Shown one piece after another: positions 49,118-60,000 of a stretch of 60,000 nt of DNA (its first letter is position 1; each line of letters opens with the position of its first letter). The translations under genes were made by a program, and so were the position numbers. This stretch comes from Malacoraja senta (taxonomy: Eukaryota). The DNA is taken from positions 3,784,001 to 3,844,000 of the forward strand of contig CM075999.1 of assembly GCA_038087875.1 (NCBI GenBank), in the 5' to 3' direction. The notes beneath the pieces are model-generated. The model did not search any database and had not been told where the DNA came from. It saw only the letters and a list, made by a program, of their open reading frames with translations.

Positions 49118-50311
49118 TAACAGGATCGGTCCGAGTCAGCATGGATTTACGATGGGAAATCATGCTTGACTAATCTTCTGGAATTTTTTTGAGGATGTTA
49201 CTAGGATAATGGACAAGGGAGAGCCAGTGGATGTAGTGTACCTGGACTTTCAGAAAGCATTCGATAAGATCCCACATAGGAGATTAGTGGGCAAAATTAG
49301 GGCACATGGTATTGGGTGTAGAGTGCTGACATGGCTAGAAAATTGGTTGGCAGACAGGACACAAAGAGTAGGGATTAACGGGTCCCTTTCAGAATGGCAG
49401 GCAGTGACTAGTGGGGTACCGCAAGGATTGTTCCTGGGACTGCAGCTATTTACACTGTATATTAATGATTTAAATGAAGGGATTACGTAATATTAGCAAA
49501 TTTGCAGATGACACAAAGCTGGGTGGCAGTGTGAACTGTGAGGAGGATGCTATGAGGATGCAGAGTGACTTGGACAGGTTGGGGGAGTGGGCAGATGCAT
49601 CGCAGATGCAGTTTAATGTGGATAAACGTGAGGTTATCCACTTTGGTAGCAAAAACAGGAAGGCAAATGATTATCTAAATGGTGTCAAGTTGGGAAAAGG
49701 GGAAGTACAACGGGATCTTGGGGTCCTTGTTCATCAGTCAATGAAAGTAAGCATTCAGGTACGGCAGGCAGTGAAGAAAGCGAATGGCATGTTGGCCTTC
49801 ATAACAAGAGGAGTTGTGTATAGGAGCGGAGAGGTCCTTCTGCAGTTGTACAGGGCCCTAGTGAGACCACACCTGGAGTATTGTGTGCAGTTTTGGTCTC
49901 CAAATTTGAGGAAGGATATTCTTTCTATTGAGGGAGTGCAGCGTAGGTGCACAATGCTAATTCCCGAGATGGCGGGACGGTCATATGCTGAGAGAATGGA
50001 GCAGCTGGGCTTGGCTACTCTAGAATTTAGAAAGATGAGAGGGGATCTTATTGAAACATATAAGATTATTAAGGGTTTGGACACTAGAGACGGGAAACAT
50101 GTTCCAGAACCAGGGGCCACAGTTTAAGAATAAGAGGTAAGCCATTTAGAATGGAGATGGGGAAACACTTCTTCACGCAAAGAGTTGTGAGTCTGTGGAA
50201 TTCTCTGCCTCAGCGGGTGGTGGAGGCCGGTTCTCTGGATACTTTCAAGAGAGAGCTAGATAGGGCTCTTAAAGATAGCGGAGTCAGGGGATATGGGGAG
50301 AAGGCAGGTAC

Positions 50312-51040
50312 GGGTGGTGTGGGTGGGGGAGAGGGTGTCGGGCCGGGGGTGTGCGTGTGGGGGAAGTGGGGTGTGGGGGAGGGGGTGCGGGTGAGGGAAG
50401 ATGTGGGAGGGGTAGGGGGGGGAAGTGGTGGGGGTGTGTGTTGGCGGGGTGTGTGGGGGTTGATGGAAGAGGGGAGGGAGCGAGGTGGGGCCGCGAGCGT
50501 TGTGGAGCCAGAGAGCAGGGTGTGAGGGTGGGGGAGGGAGGTGTGTAGGGGAGGGGGGTGTGTAGGGGAGGGGGGTGTGCGGAGAAGGGGTGTGGAGGGG
50601 GGAGGGGGGGGTCTGGGGGGAAGGGGGGTGTTTGTTTGTGGGATATGTGTGGGGGAGGGGAGGGGGGCAGCGTGCGTTATGGAGCCAGAGATTGGGGGAG
50701 GGGTGTGGGCGGGGGAGAAAGGTGTGTGAGTGGGGGGAGGCGGTGTGTGGGGGAGGGGGAGTGGGGGAGGGAGGATATAGGAGATGGGGGAGGGTTATGT
50801 TGGGTGAAGGGAGGGTGCGTTGGCAGGGTGTGTGTGGGGGGATGTTTGTGTGGGTGGGGGGTGGGAGGAGGGGTGAGTTGGGGTGGTGGTGCGGGGGAGA
50901 GAGGATGTGGGAGGGGGGGTTGTGGGGAGGGGTGTGCGTTGGGGAGGGGTGTGTGTGGGCGGGGGGTTGTGTGGGGGGAGCAGTGGGGGGTATGTGGGGG
51001 AGGGGGTGTGTGAGGAGTGGGGGAGGGGGGTGTGGGGGGA
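50312..51040. repeat. G-rich low-complexity tract
   Basis: Dense G runs; internal repeat GCGTTRTGGAGCCAGAGA. Confidence 0.9.
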
Positions 51041-51654
51041 TGTATTTCTTGCTGTAGAATAACAAGCCTGTAATTGCAACAACACAAAAATGCATTAATT
51101 TACATTTCAGTAAATTTATACTCACGATACTACTGTAAACATGTCTGTAATGCAACCAAAGACTCAGTCCATAGTTCTTCACAGTTCATAGATGTGGTTT
51201 GAGTCGGGCAGTGTTCAAGAGCCTGATGGTTGCTGGGAACAAGCTGTTCCTGAACCTGGAAGTCACGTTTTTTGGGCTTCTGAACAAAATAATGGGAGCG
51301 TAGTGCAATGACACACAGATAACTAATAAAATAAATATACAGGAAATTAATAATTGAATGCTAGTGTAAAAAATATCTGTCGGGCAGCAAAAGACGCAGT
51401 CCATAATATCTCATCGTTGTGGTTCATGTTGTGCAGTGTTCGAAAGGCTTGTAATTGCTGAGAAAAAGCTGCTCTTAAACATGGAGATCAGTTTCCCTGC
51501 TTCTGTTGGCTTTTCACACTGGTAGGGTGGTGTGGGTCTTTGATATTAGCTGCCTTTTGCAGGTAGCATCTCCTGCAGATCCCTTTGATGGTGAAGAGAT
51601 CATCACCTGTGACGGACTGAGCAGTTTCTGTGTAACACATGCATAACACCAACA

Positions 51655-51900
51655 TCGTCACACTGTGCAAGAGCAAGGGAGTACACCAACTACAGGGACA
51701 TCTCATTTCTGAGTGTTACAGGAAAGGCCTTTGCCAGAGTGATCCTGCAAAGACTGCACAGACTCGCTGACCTGAGGCACAATGCGGTTTCCATGGAGGT
51801 AGATCCACAATGGACATGATCTTCTCCCTGCGTCAAATACAAGGAAAATGTCAAGAGCAGCAAACCCCGTGTTCATCGCCTTTGTGGATGTTACGAAAAC
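51655..51900 (+). mobile_element. Degraded RTE RT fragment (others at 54225-54622 and 56470-56780)
   Basis: NYRDISFLSVTGKAFARVIL, QCGF..RSTMDMIFSLRQIQ, FVD motifs. Confidence 0.8.
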
Positions 51901-54743
51901 TTAGAGGTGGTCATATGTTTTGTGTGTGATTGCATTGATGTGCTGGACCCAGGACATATCTTCAGAGATATGGACAACCAGGAACTTGCAACATAACGTT
52001 CTCCACCACTGTCCCATGAATGAAGACAAGTTTGTGAATCATCGGTTTTCCCCTCCTGAGGTCATCGACCATCTGCCATGTTTCCTGTGATTGACCAGAG
52101 GACAATATCTGACGAGACGGCCATGGACCAGGGCTTGCACGCAGAAGCTTCATCACACCTGACCCTGTGTTGCTGAGGAAGATCTGGTGTCACTGGGAAT
52201 GTGGAGCTGATTTTCTGTAAACTGCCCTCAGTGGAAGACCGTGATGGAGATGTGTTTTTAGAGCTCGGCTGTCAGCGAAGTTGGAACAGAAAACTGCTGG
52301 AGGAACTCAGCGGGTCAGACAGAATCTGTGGAGGGAATGGACAGATGATGTTTGGATCGGGACCCTTCAAGACTCCATTCTAATCTCCATTTACCAGGTT
52401 GGATTATGATGACAGGAAATGGCCAAGTTTGATGATCACCGTGGACTGGAATGACAGATGATTGAAGATCCCGAAGACCCAATTTTGCTCCAAGTTCTCT
52501 GCGACCTTCCACACCTGGAGCTGGAGAAGCTGTTGAGGAACAACTTGGTGGGATTTCTTGTGGCCATTCATCTCCTCCAGATTGTTTGAAGGGACAAACA
52601 TGATAGATGTGTGAGTGTCGGCGGTTGGCTGAGGACGGGCACTCGGTGGGTGCCGGAGGTCGGTCGAGGACGCGCCGCCGAGACAACATGGCACCTGCGG
52701 AGGGAATGGACAGATGACATTTGGATTGGGATCCTTCAAGACTCCATTCTTGTCTCCATTTACTAGGACAGTTTCTGAAGACTGGAAATGGCCAAGTTTG
52801 ATGATCACCGTGGACTTGAATGACAGATCCTTGAAGATCCCGAAGGCCCAATCTTGCTCCACGTTCTCTGCAACCTTCCACACCTGGAGCAGGAGCACGT
52901 GACGCACTCACGGAGAGCACCGCGCAGCCATACTGGAGCCGACCTGGCCACCGGCACGGAGCCAGTGAAGACTGGGTTCTTGTTCTCTGGTCAATCTCAG
53001 GAACCTGACAGAGGTTGATGATCACAGTGGACTTGAATGGAAGAACATTGAAGATGCCAAAGGCCAATCTTACTCCACGTTCTACGCGACCTTCCATACC
53101 TGGCGCTGGAGAAACTGTTGAGGAACATCTTGGGGGGACATCTTGTCGCCCAGGATCTCCTCCAGACAGTGTGAAGAGGAAAGCATGAAACATCTGCCGA
53201 CTGATGTGTTCGCCAGCTGTTTGCGAGGAACTTTCCCTCCGAAGATTTGCAGGAAAACGCCACTGGGGCAGATGCTGAGTCAGAACTGGCCGAGTTTGAC
53301 AAATTTCTTAAACGGCGTGGATTCCCCCGTGTAACACGAAGAGGGATTGGACAGCACGCAACAAAAGCGATGTCAGGAACCCGAGTGCCGTTCGTGTAAA
53401 ACCATCGGATATGAAGCCAAATCGGTGGGGACCGCACCAGAATTTCTCACTCCGTCCAACAAAGGCCCTTTTAAGAGCCACTAGAAAGAGCTACAACCTC
53501 TTCCCCTCCCGCGCTCTCGTCTGCATTTGGGATTTCATCGTCAACATTTTCCAGTACAACTGGCAGCGATCTGTTCCACGTGAGAATCCATGGCGTTTAA
53601 GAAATTTGTCCAACTCGTCTGGCTCTGACTCATCATCTGCCCCAGTAGCATTTTCCTGCAAGTCTTCGGAGGGAAAGTTCCTCGCAAACAGCTGGCGACC
53701 ACAACAGTCGCAGATGTTTCATGTTTTCCCCTTCACACAGTCTGGAGGAGATCCAGGGCCACAAGAAGTCCCACCAAGTTGTTCCTCAACGGCTTCTCCA
53801 GCGCCAGGTATGGAAGGTCGCGTAGAACATGGAGTAAGATGGGCCTTTGGGATCTTCATTGTTCTGCCATTCAAGTCCACGGTGATCATCAACCTCTGCC
53901 ATGTTCCTGAGATTGACCAGAGGACAAGATCTGAAGAGACGGCCACGGACCAGGGGTGGCACGCAGAAGCTTCATCACACCTGACCCTGCTGTGTTGCTG
54001 AGGGAACCTCCCGGTGAGGGCCGCACAGCCGTGCTGGAGCCGACCCGGCAGTCGGCACGGAGCCGGTCAAGACCGGACTCGGCTGGCGGTGACTGCGAAC
54101 AAGGATGAGCCCAGTGACCAAAGTGTCTGCCGAGAACAAGGGTCAAGGACGGGCCCGCGGTGGGTGCCGGAGGTCGGTCAAGGACGCACCGCCGAGAAGG
54201 AAGAGGGACCATCGGGACCACATTGGTCACTCATCACCCCAACAGAAGAAGGACTTCAGGAGCTGATGGACAGACTTTCTCATGCTCACACCAAAGACCG
54301 ACTGGCAATCAGCGTTAAGATGACTGTTGTCATGGGTCAGGGCATTCCACTCCCCTCTGAAATCACCATAAACACCACTCGGCTGGAAAATGTCTTAAAT
54401 TCACCAACCTAGGATCTACGGTGACTGACAGCCACTCTCTGGATGAGGAAACTAATTCACGTACAGTAAACCACCTTCTTCTACAGCACCCACCTTCGGG
54501 AGACTAAGCAAGTGGACATGGAAGAACAGGAAACTCACAATGAAGACCAAGGTAACTGTCTACAACGCGTGAGTGTTGAACACATTACTGTACAGCAGTG
54601 AAGCTTGGTCGACTTACCTACATCAAGTACGGTAAATGAATGGGAGAGGACCCGGCGGTCGGCAGCCTAGGACGGGCCCGCGGTGGGTGCCGGAGGTCGC
54701 TCGAGGAGTGATGTGGAGAACAAAATGGGACCCACGTCGGAAC

Positions 54744-55200
54744 CAGGACAGATCTTCAGAGATATGAACGCCCAGGAACTTGAAGCAGGATCTTGGAACA
54801 TAACTTTCTCCACCACTGTCCATCAATGAAGTCAAGTTTGTGGATCTGCGGCTTTCTCCTGAGGTCAACAAATAGCTCTGTGGTCCTGCGGACATTGAGA
54901 ACAAAACGTCTGCACTGGCAGCATTCCCTCAGATTATCAATCTCTCTCCTGTACTCTGACTCGTCATTACCCATCATTTGTCCAACAACGGTGATATCGT
55001 CGGTGAAATTTAAAGACGGCATTGGAATGGTCTGGCTGTGCAGTCCTGGTCATAGAGCAGAGGACTGAGCACACAGCCTTGAGCTGGTCCTGTGTTGGTT
55101 ATAGAGGAGGAGGTGTTGCCTGTTTGTGCTGATTGTGGTCTGCTGATGAGGAAATTGAAGATCCAGTTGTACAGGATTGAGCAGAGACATGGTTAAGGAG
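54744..55200 (-). mobile_element. Rex1/Babar-like RT fragment
   Basis: FTDDITVVG..DESEYRREI, FKFLGVHISEDLSW. Confidence 0.75.
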
Positions 55201-56198
55201 ATGTGTGAGGACATCCAGGACAGATCTTCAGAGACATTGACACCCAGGGACTTGCAACATAACATTCTCCACCACTGTCCCATGAATGAAGACAAGTTTG
55301 TGGATCATCGGCTTTCCCCTCCTGAAGTCATTGATCTCTGCCATGTTTCCTGTGATTGACCAGAGGACAAGATCTGACAAGACGGCCATGGACCAGGGCT
55401 GGTACGTAGAAGCTTCATCACACCTGACCCTGCTGTCTTGCTGAGGAAGATCTGGTGTCACTGGGAATGTGGAGCTCATCCTCTGTAAACTGCCCTCAGT
55501 GGAAGACCGTGATAGAGATGTGTTTTTAGAGCTCGGCTGTCAGCGAAGGTGGAGCAGAAAACTGCTGGAGGAACTCAGCGGGTCAGGCAACATCTGTGGA
55601 GGGAATGGACAGATGATGTTTGGATCGGGACCTTTCAAGACTCCATTCTTGTCTCCATTTACCAGGTCAGTTTCTGGTGACAGGAAATGGCCAAGATTGA
55701 CGATCAGCATGGACTTGCATGTGAGATGCTTGAAGATCCTGAAGACCCAATCTTGCTCCACGTTCTCTGCGAACTTCCACACCTGGCACTGGAGAAGCTG
55801 TTGAGAAACAATTTGGTGGGATTTCTTAGGGCGCTGGATCTCCTCCAGATTGTTTGAAGGTGGATGACAGGTCGGTCGAGGACACGACTCCGAGAGGACA
55901 TTTCATCTGTGGAGAGATTGGAGAGACAACGGTTTGGATCGGGAATCTTCAAGACTCCATTCTTGTCTCCATTTACCGGGTCGGTTTCTGATGACAGGAA
56001 ATGGCCATGATTGATGATCACCGTGGACTTGAATGACAGAAGATTGAAGCCGCTCAAGGCCGGACTCGGCCCGCAGTGGCCACGAACAAGGACGAACCCG
56101 GCAGCCGAAGTGACCGCCGAGACAAGTGTCAAGTACGGGCCCTCGGTAGGTGCCGGAGGTCAGACTGCTCACGGAATGGCGCGCCGCCGAGAAGGAAG

Positions 56199-56452
56199 AG
56201 AATTCTTCACACAGAGAGTGGTGAATCTCTGGAATTCTCTGCCACAGAAGGCAGTTGAGGCCAGTTCACTGGCTATATTTAAGAGGGAGTTAGATGTGGC
56301 CCTTGTGGCTAAAGGGATCAGGGGGTATGGAGAGAAAGCAGGTACAGGATACTGAGTTGGATGATCAGCCATGATCATATTGAATGGCGGTGCAGGCTCG
56401 AAGGGCCGAATGGCCTACTCCTGCACCTATTTTCTATGTTTCTATGTTTCTA
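56199..56452 (+). mobile_element. CR1 3' end inserted into one duplicate copy, TSD AAGAG
   Basis: Empty site visible at ~54195-54215; (TTTCTATG)n tail. Confidence 0.8.
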
Positions 56453-58367
56453 TAAGAGGAACCATTGGGACCATATTGGTCACTCATCACCCCAACAGAA
56501 GAAGGACTTCAGGGGCTGATGGACAGACTGTCTCATGCTTGCAATGATTACCGACTGGCAATCAGTATTAAGACGAACGTTGTCATGGGTCAAGGCACTC
56601 CACTCCCCTCTGTAATCATCCTAAACACCAGTCAGCTGGAAACTCATCCAATTCACCTACCTAGGATCAACGGTGACTGACTGCCACTCTCTGGACGAGG
56701 AAATCAATTCACCAATAGTAAACCACCTTCCTATACAGTAACCACATTCTGGAGGATATCCAAGCAGACATGGAAGAACAGGAGTAATAATGTCCTATTG
56801 GCAGCATTCCCTCAGATTATCAATCTCTCTCCTGTACTCTGACTCATCATTACCCATTATTTGTCCAACAACGGTGGTATTGTCGGTGAAAATTAAAGAC
56901 GGCATTGGAATGGTCTGGCTGTACAGTCCTGGTCATAGAGCAGGGGACTGAGCACACAGCCTTGAGCTGGTCCTGTGTTGGTTATGGAGTCAAGTCAAGA
57001 GTGTTTTATTGTCATATGTCCCGGACGGGACAATTAAATTCTTACTTGCTGCAGCACAACAGAATATGTGAATTTGTAAACTTTGTACATAACGGGTAAA
57101 AAAAAGAAAAGGTTAAGTGAGTTTATTGTCATGTGTCCCAGACAGGACAATGAAATTCTTGCTTTGCTTCAGCACAACAGAACATAGTAGGCATTGACTA
57201 CAAGGCATTCTATAAATATATACACATATGAATCAATATACTGATAAAGTACAAATAACTGTTAGTTGGCTAATAAAGTTCAGTGTTATGTCCGAGCCAG
57301 GTTTAATAGCCTGATGGCTGTGGGGAAGTAGCTATTCCTGAACCTGGTCGTTGCAGTCTTCAGGCTCCTGTACCTTCTACCTGAAGGTAGTAGGGATATG
57401 AGTGTGTGGTCAGGATGGTGTGGGTCCTTGATGATACTGCCAGCCTTTTTGAGGCAGCGACTACGATAGATCCCTTCGACGGTGGGGAGGTCAAAGCCGG
57501 TGATGGACTGGGCAGTAGGCAGTGGTCACAACTATTTGTGGTCTTTTTCGCTCCTGGACATTCAAGTTGAAGAGGAGGGGGTGTTGCCAGTTTGTGCTGA
57601 GCTGGAGGCCTTGCTCGAGACTGACTTTGAGCCCCACCACAGGGCTGTGGACTTACCATTGGAGCCTGCGATCCCTTGCCTGGGATCGACACTCCAACCG
57701 CGGCCTGCGGATTTAAACATCAAGGAGCTCGCAATCTCGGGTAGAGACTGATGTCGGGAAGGTCCAAAGTCACAGGAGGTTCGACCAGCCCCAACCCGTG
57801 GTCTGATCGCCTGGCGCGTGGGAGCTGAGATCCCCCCGATGCAGGAGCTTGATCACCCCGAGGAGGAGGGCCCGACCGCCGGCTATGGGAGCCAAGATCG
57901 TCCCGTCAACGGAAGTCTCGAGGCCCACGACCGTGGGAGAACAAAGAAGGGAAGAGATTGAACATTTTCCAGGGTGATCATCAGCCTCTGATTGACCTGA
58001 GATTGACCAAAGGACAAGATCTGAAGATATGGCCATGGACCAAGGGAAACATGTAGAAGCTTCATCGCTCCTGACTCTTCTGTGTTCCTGAGGAGGATGT
58101 GGTGCTACTGGGAATAGACTGAGCTGCTTCTCCGCTGAACTGCCTTCCCGTGCCTGGTTTGGGACATCGCTCGGGACTTCAGGTAAGACCTTTACTTGGG
58201 TATCCTTCCTCTGCAATTCCCCACGAGATAGACCTTACAAACAGTTGTAGAACACTCACTGGCAGCATATTCATGGCTCCCGATCTCTCACTGTCTGAAG
58301 CAGCTCCTGTGCCACCAACAATGTAGACAGCTGTCGGCCTTCAAACTGCTCTGCCAGTCCCACTTGT

Positions 58368-59190
58368 CATAAGTTCATTAGTCATAGGACCAAAATCAGG
58401 CCATTCAGCCCATCGAATCTACTCCACCATTCAACCATGGCTGATCTATTTTCCCCTCTCAACCCCATTCTCCTGCCTTCGCCCCATAACCCAATACCAG
58501 TACTAATAAAAAATCCCATCAATCTCTGCCTCAAAAATATCCATTGACTTGGCCTCCATCTCCGTCTGTGGCAATGAATTCCACAGCTTCACCACCCTCT
58601 GACTAAAGAAATTCCTTCTCATCTTTCTAAAGGAACATCCTTTTATTCTGAGGCTATGGCTTCTGGTCCAAGACTGTCCGACTGGTGGAAACATCCTCTC
58701 CACATCCACATTTACTATTCGGTAAGTTTCAATGAGTTTCCCCCTCATCCTTCTAAACTCCAGCAAGTACAGGCCCAGTGCCGCCAAACGCCATCATATC
58801 TTAACCGAATCATTCCTGAGATCATTCTCGTAAATGTTCTTGGGACCAACACATCCTTCCTGAGATTTGGTGCCCAAAACTACTCACAATATTCCAAATG
58901 TGGTCTGACCAGTGCCCTGGGAACTCCTCAGCATTACATCCCTGCATTTGTATTCTAACCCTCTCAAAATAACTGCCGGCTTTGCATTCGCCTTCCTTAC
59001 CACCGATTCAACTTGCAAATTAACTTTTAGGAATCCTGCAGCAGCACCTGAGTCCCTTTGCACCTCCAAATCCTGAATTATCTTCCCATTTAGAAAATAG
59101 TTTATGCCTTTATTCCTACTACCAAAATGCATGGCTACACAATTTGCTCTGCTGTATTCCAACTGCCAATTCTCAGCCCACTCTCTCAAC
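58368..59190 (-). mobile_element. Degraded CR1 LINE 3' part
   Basis: ORF2 C-terminal motifs plus 3' UTR. Confidence 0.85.
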
Positions 59191-60000
59191 CTTTAGTTAC
59201 CTTCTGTTGTTTTTTTAAAAGCTTCCCAATTCTCCAGCTACCCCACTAACCTTTGCAATGTTATATGCCTTCTCTTTAATTTTATTCCTCCTTGTCTCCT
59301 TTCTAAAGATACATCCTTTAATTCTGAAGCTGAGCCCTCTTGTCCTGGACTCTCTCCCACTAGTGGAAACATCCTCTCACATCCACCCTTTCCAGCCTTT
59401 CACTATTCAATGAGGTCCCCCCCTCATCCTTCTAAACTCCAGTGAGTACAGGTCCAGAGCCGTCAAACATTCATCATATGTTAATCCAATCATTCTCATA
59501 AACCTCCTCAGCACCCTCTCTAATACCAGCATATCCCTCTTCAGATATGGGTCCCAAAACTGCTCACAATATTCCACATGTGGTCTGACCAGTGCCTTAC
59601 AAAAACCTCAGCATTACATCTCTTTTTATATATTTTGGAGTTACTCCAGCTTTTTAAGTTTATATTCCAGTTGTCTTGAAATGAATGCTAACATTGCATT
59701 TGCCTTGTTATTTGTATGTGCAGGATCGCTCAGTATTTGGAGAAACAATGGGCCTTTGGGATCTTCAGCGTTGCCCTGCCCTTCAAGCCCATGGCTGATG
59801 ATCTACCTCCAACATTTCGCTGCGCAGTGCCAGAGGGAAAAATCGAGCAGAAGCCCATTGAAGCCTCGTCACTACGGACTGCAACCTGTTCCAAAGAGAA
59901 AGATCAGATGTCACCAGAAACCCACTGTAACCACTCTGGACATTGCTCTTCCAGGGTGCAGGACGTTACTCAGTACGTACCCTTCCAAAGGTTGACTATG

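Larger units (their letters stand above)
47415..50312 (+). mobile_element. CR1 LINE RT region and 3' end, split by an insertion at 47600-49117
   Basis: YLDFQKAFDK, SGVPQG, KFADDTK motifs with frameshifts. Confidence 0.92.

Noticed and set aside
52404..52907. WAFGI as protein kinase subdomain IX
   Set aside because: Lacks the preceding D and any HRD/DFG/APE motifs.

Overview
Eukaryotic, repeat-dense DNA, most likely from a cartilaginous fish (skate/ray-like, judged from the HE1/V-SINE-type, CR1 and Penelope-type repeats). Positions ~1.2-44.6 kb hold the 5' ~85% of a minus-strand myomesin gene that best matches MYOM3. I traced 30 coding exons by hand with GT-AG boundaries (~1,216 codons: head, Ig My2-3, FN3 My4-8, Ig My9-11, start of My12) plus a probable non-coding first exon. 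The gene runs off the left edge. Two exons carry 1-nt frameshifts in short G runs (a deletion at ~8141-8143 and an insertion at ~3287-3289); these are either consensus errors or gene disablement. Just left of a 200-N gap (47215-47414) lies what looks like the C-terminus of a class II cytokine receptor (IL22RA1/IL20RA-like), matching human IL22RA1-MYOM3 synteny. Right of the gap there is a Harbinger-type element with long inverted repeats nested around a (CCCTAA)n core, CR1/RTE/Rex1 debris, and a locally duplicated mosaic with a ~950-bp palindrome of unidentified coding-like sequence. The introns carry Penelope-type repeats with minimal hammerhead-like motifs, an RTE insertion with a 122-bp flanking duplication, fold-back hairpins and minisatellites. 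All homology calls come from recalled sequences, not database searches.
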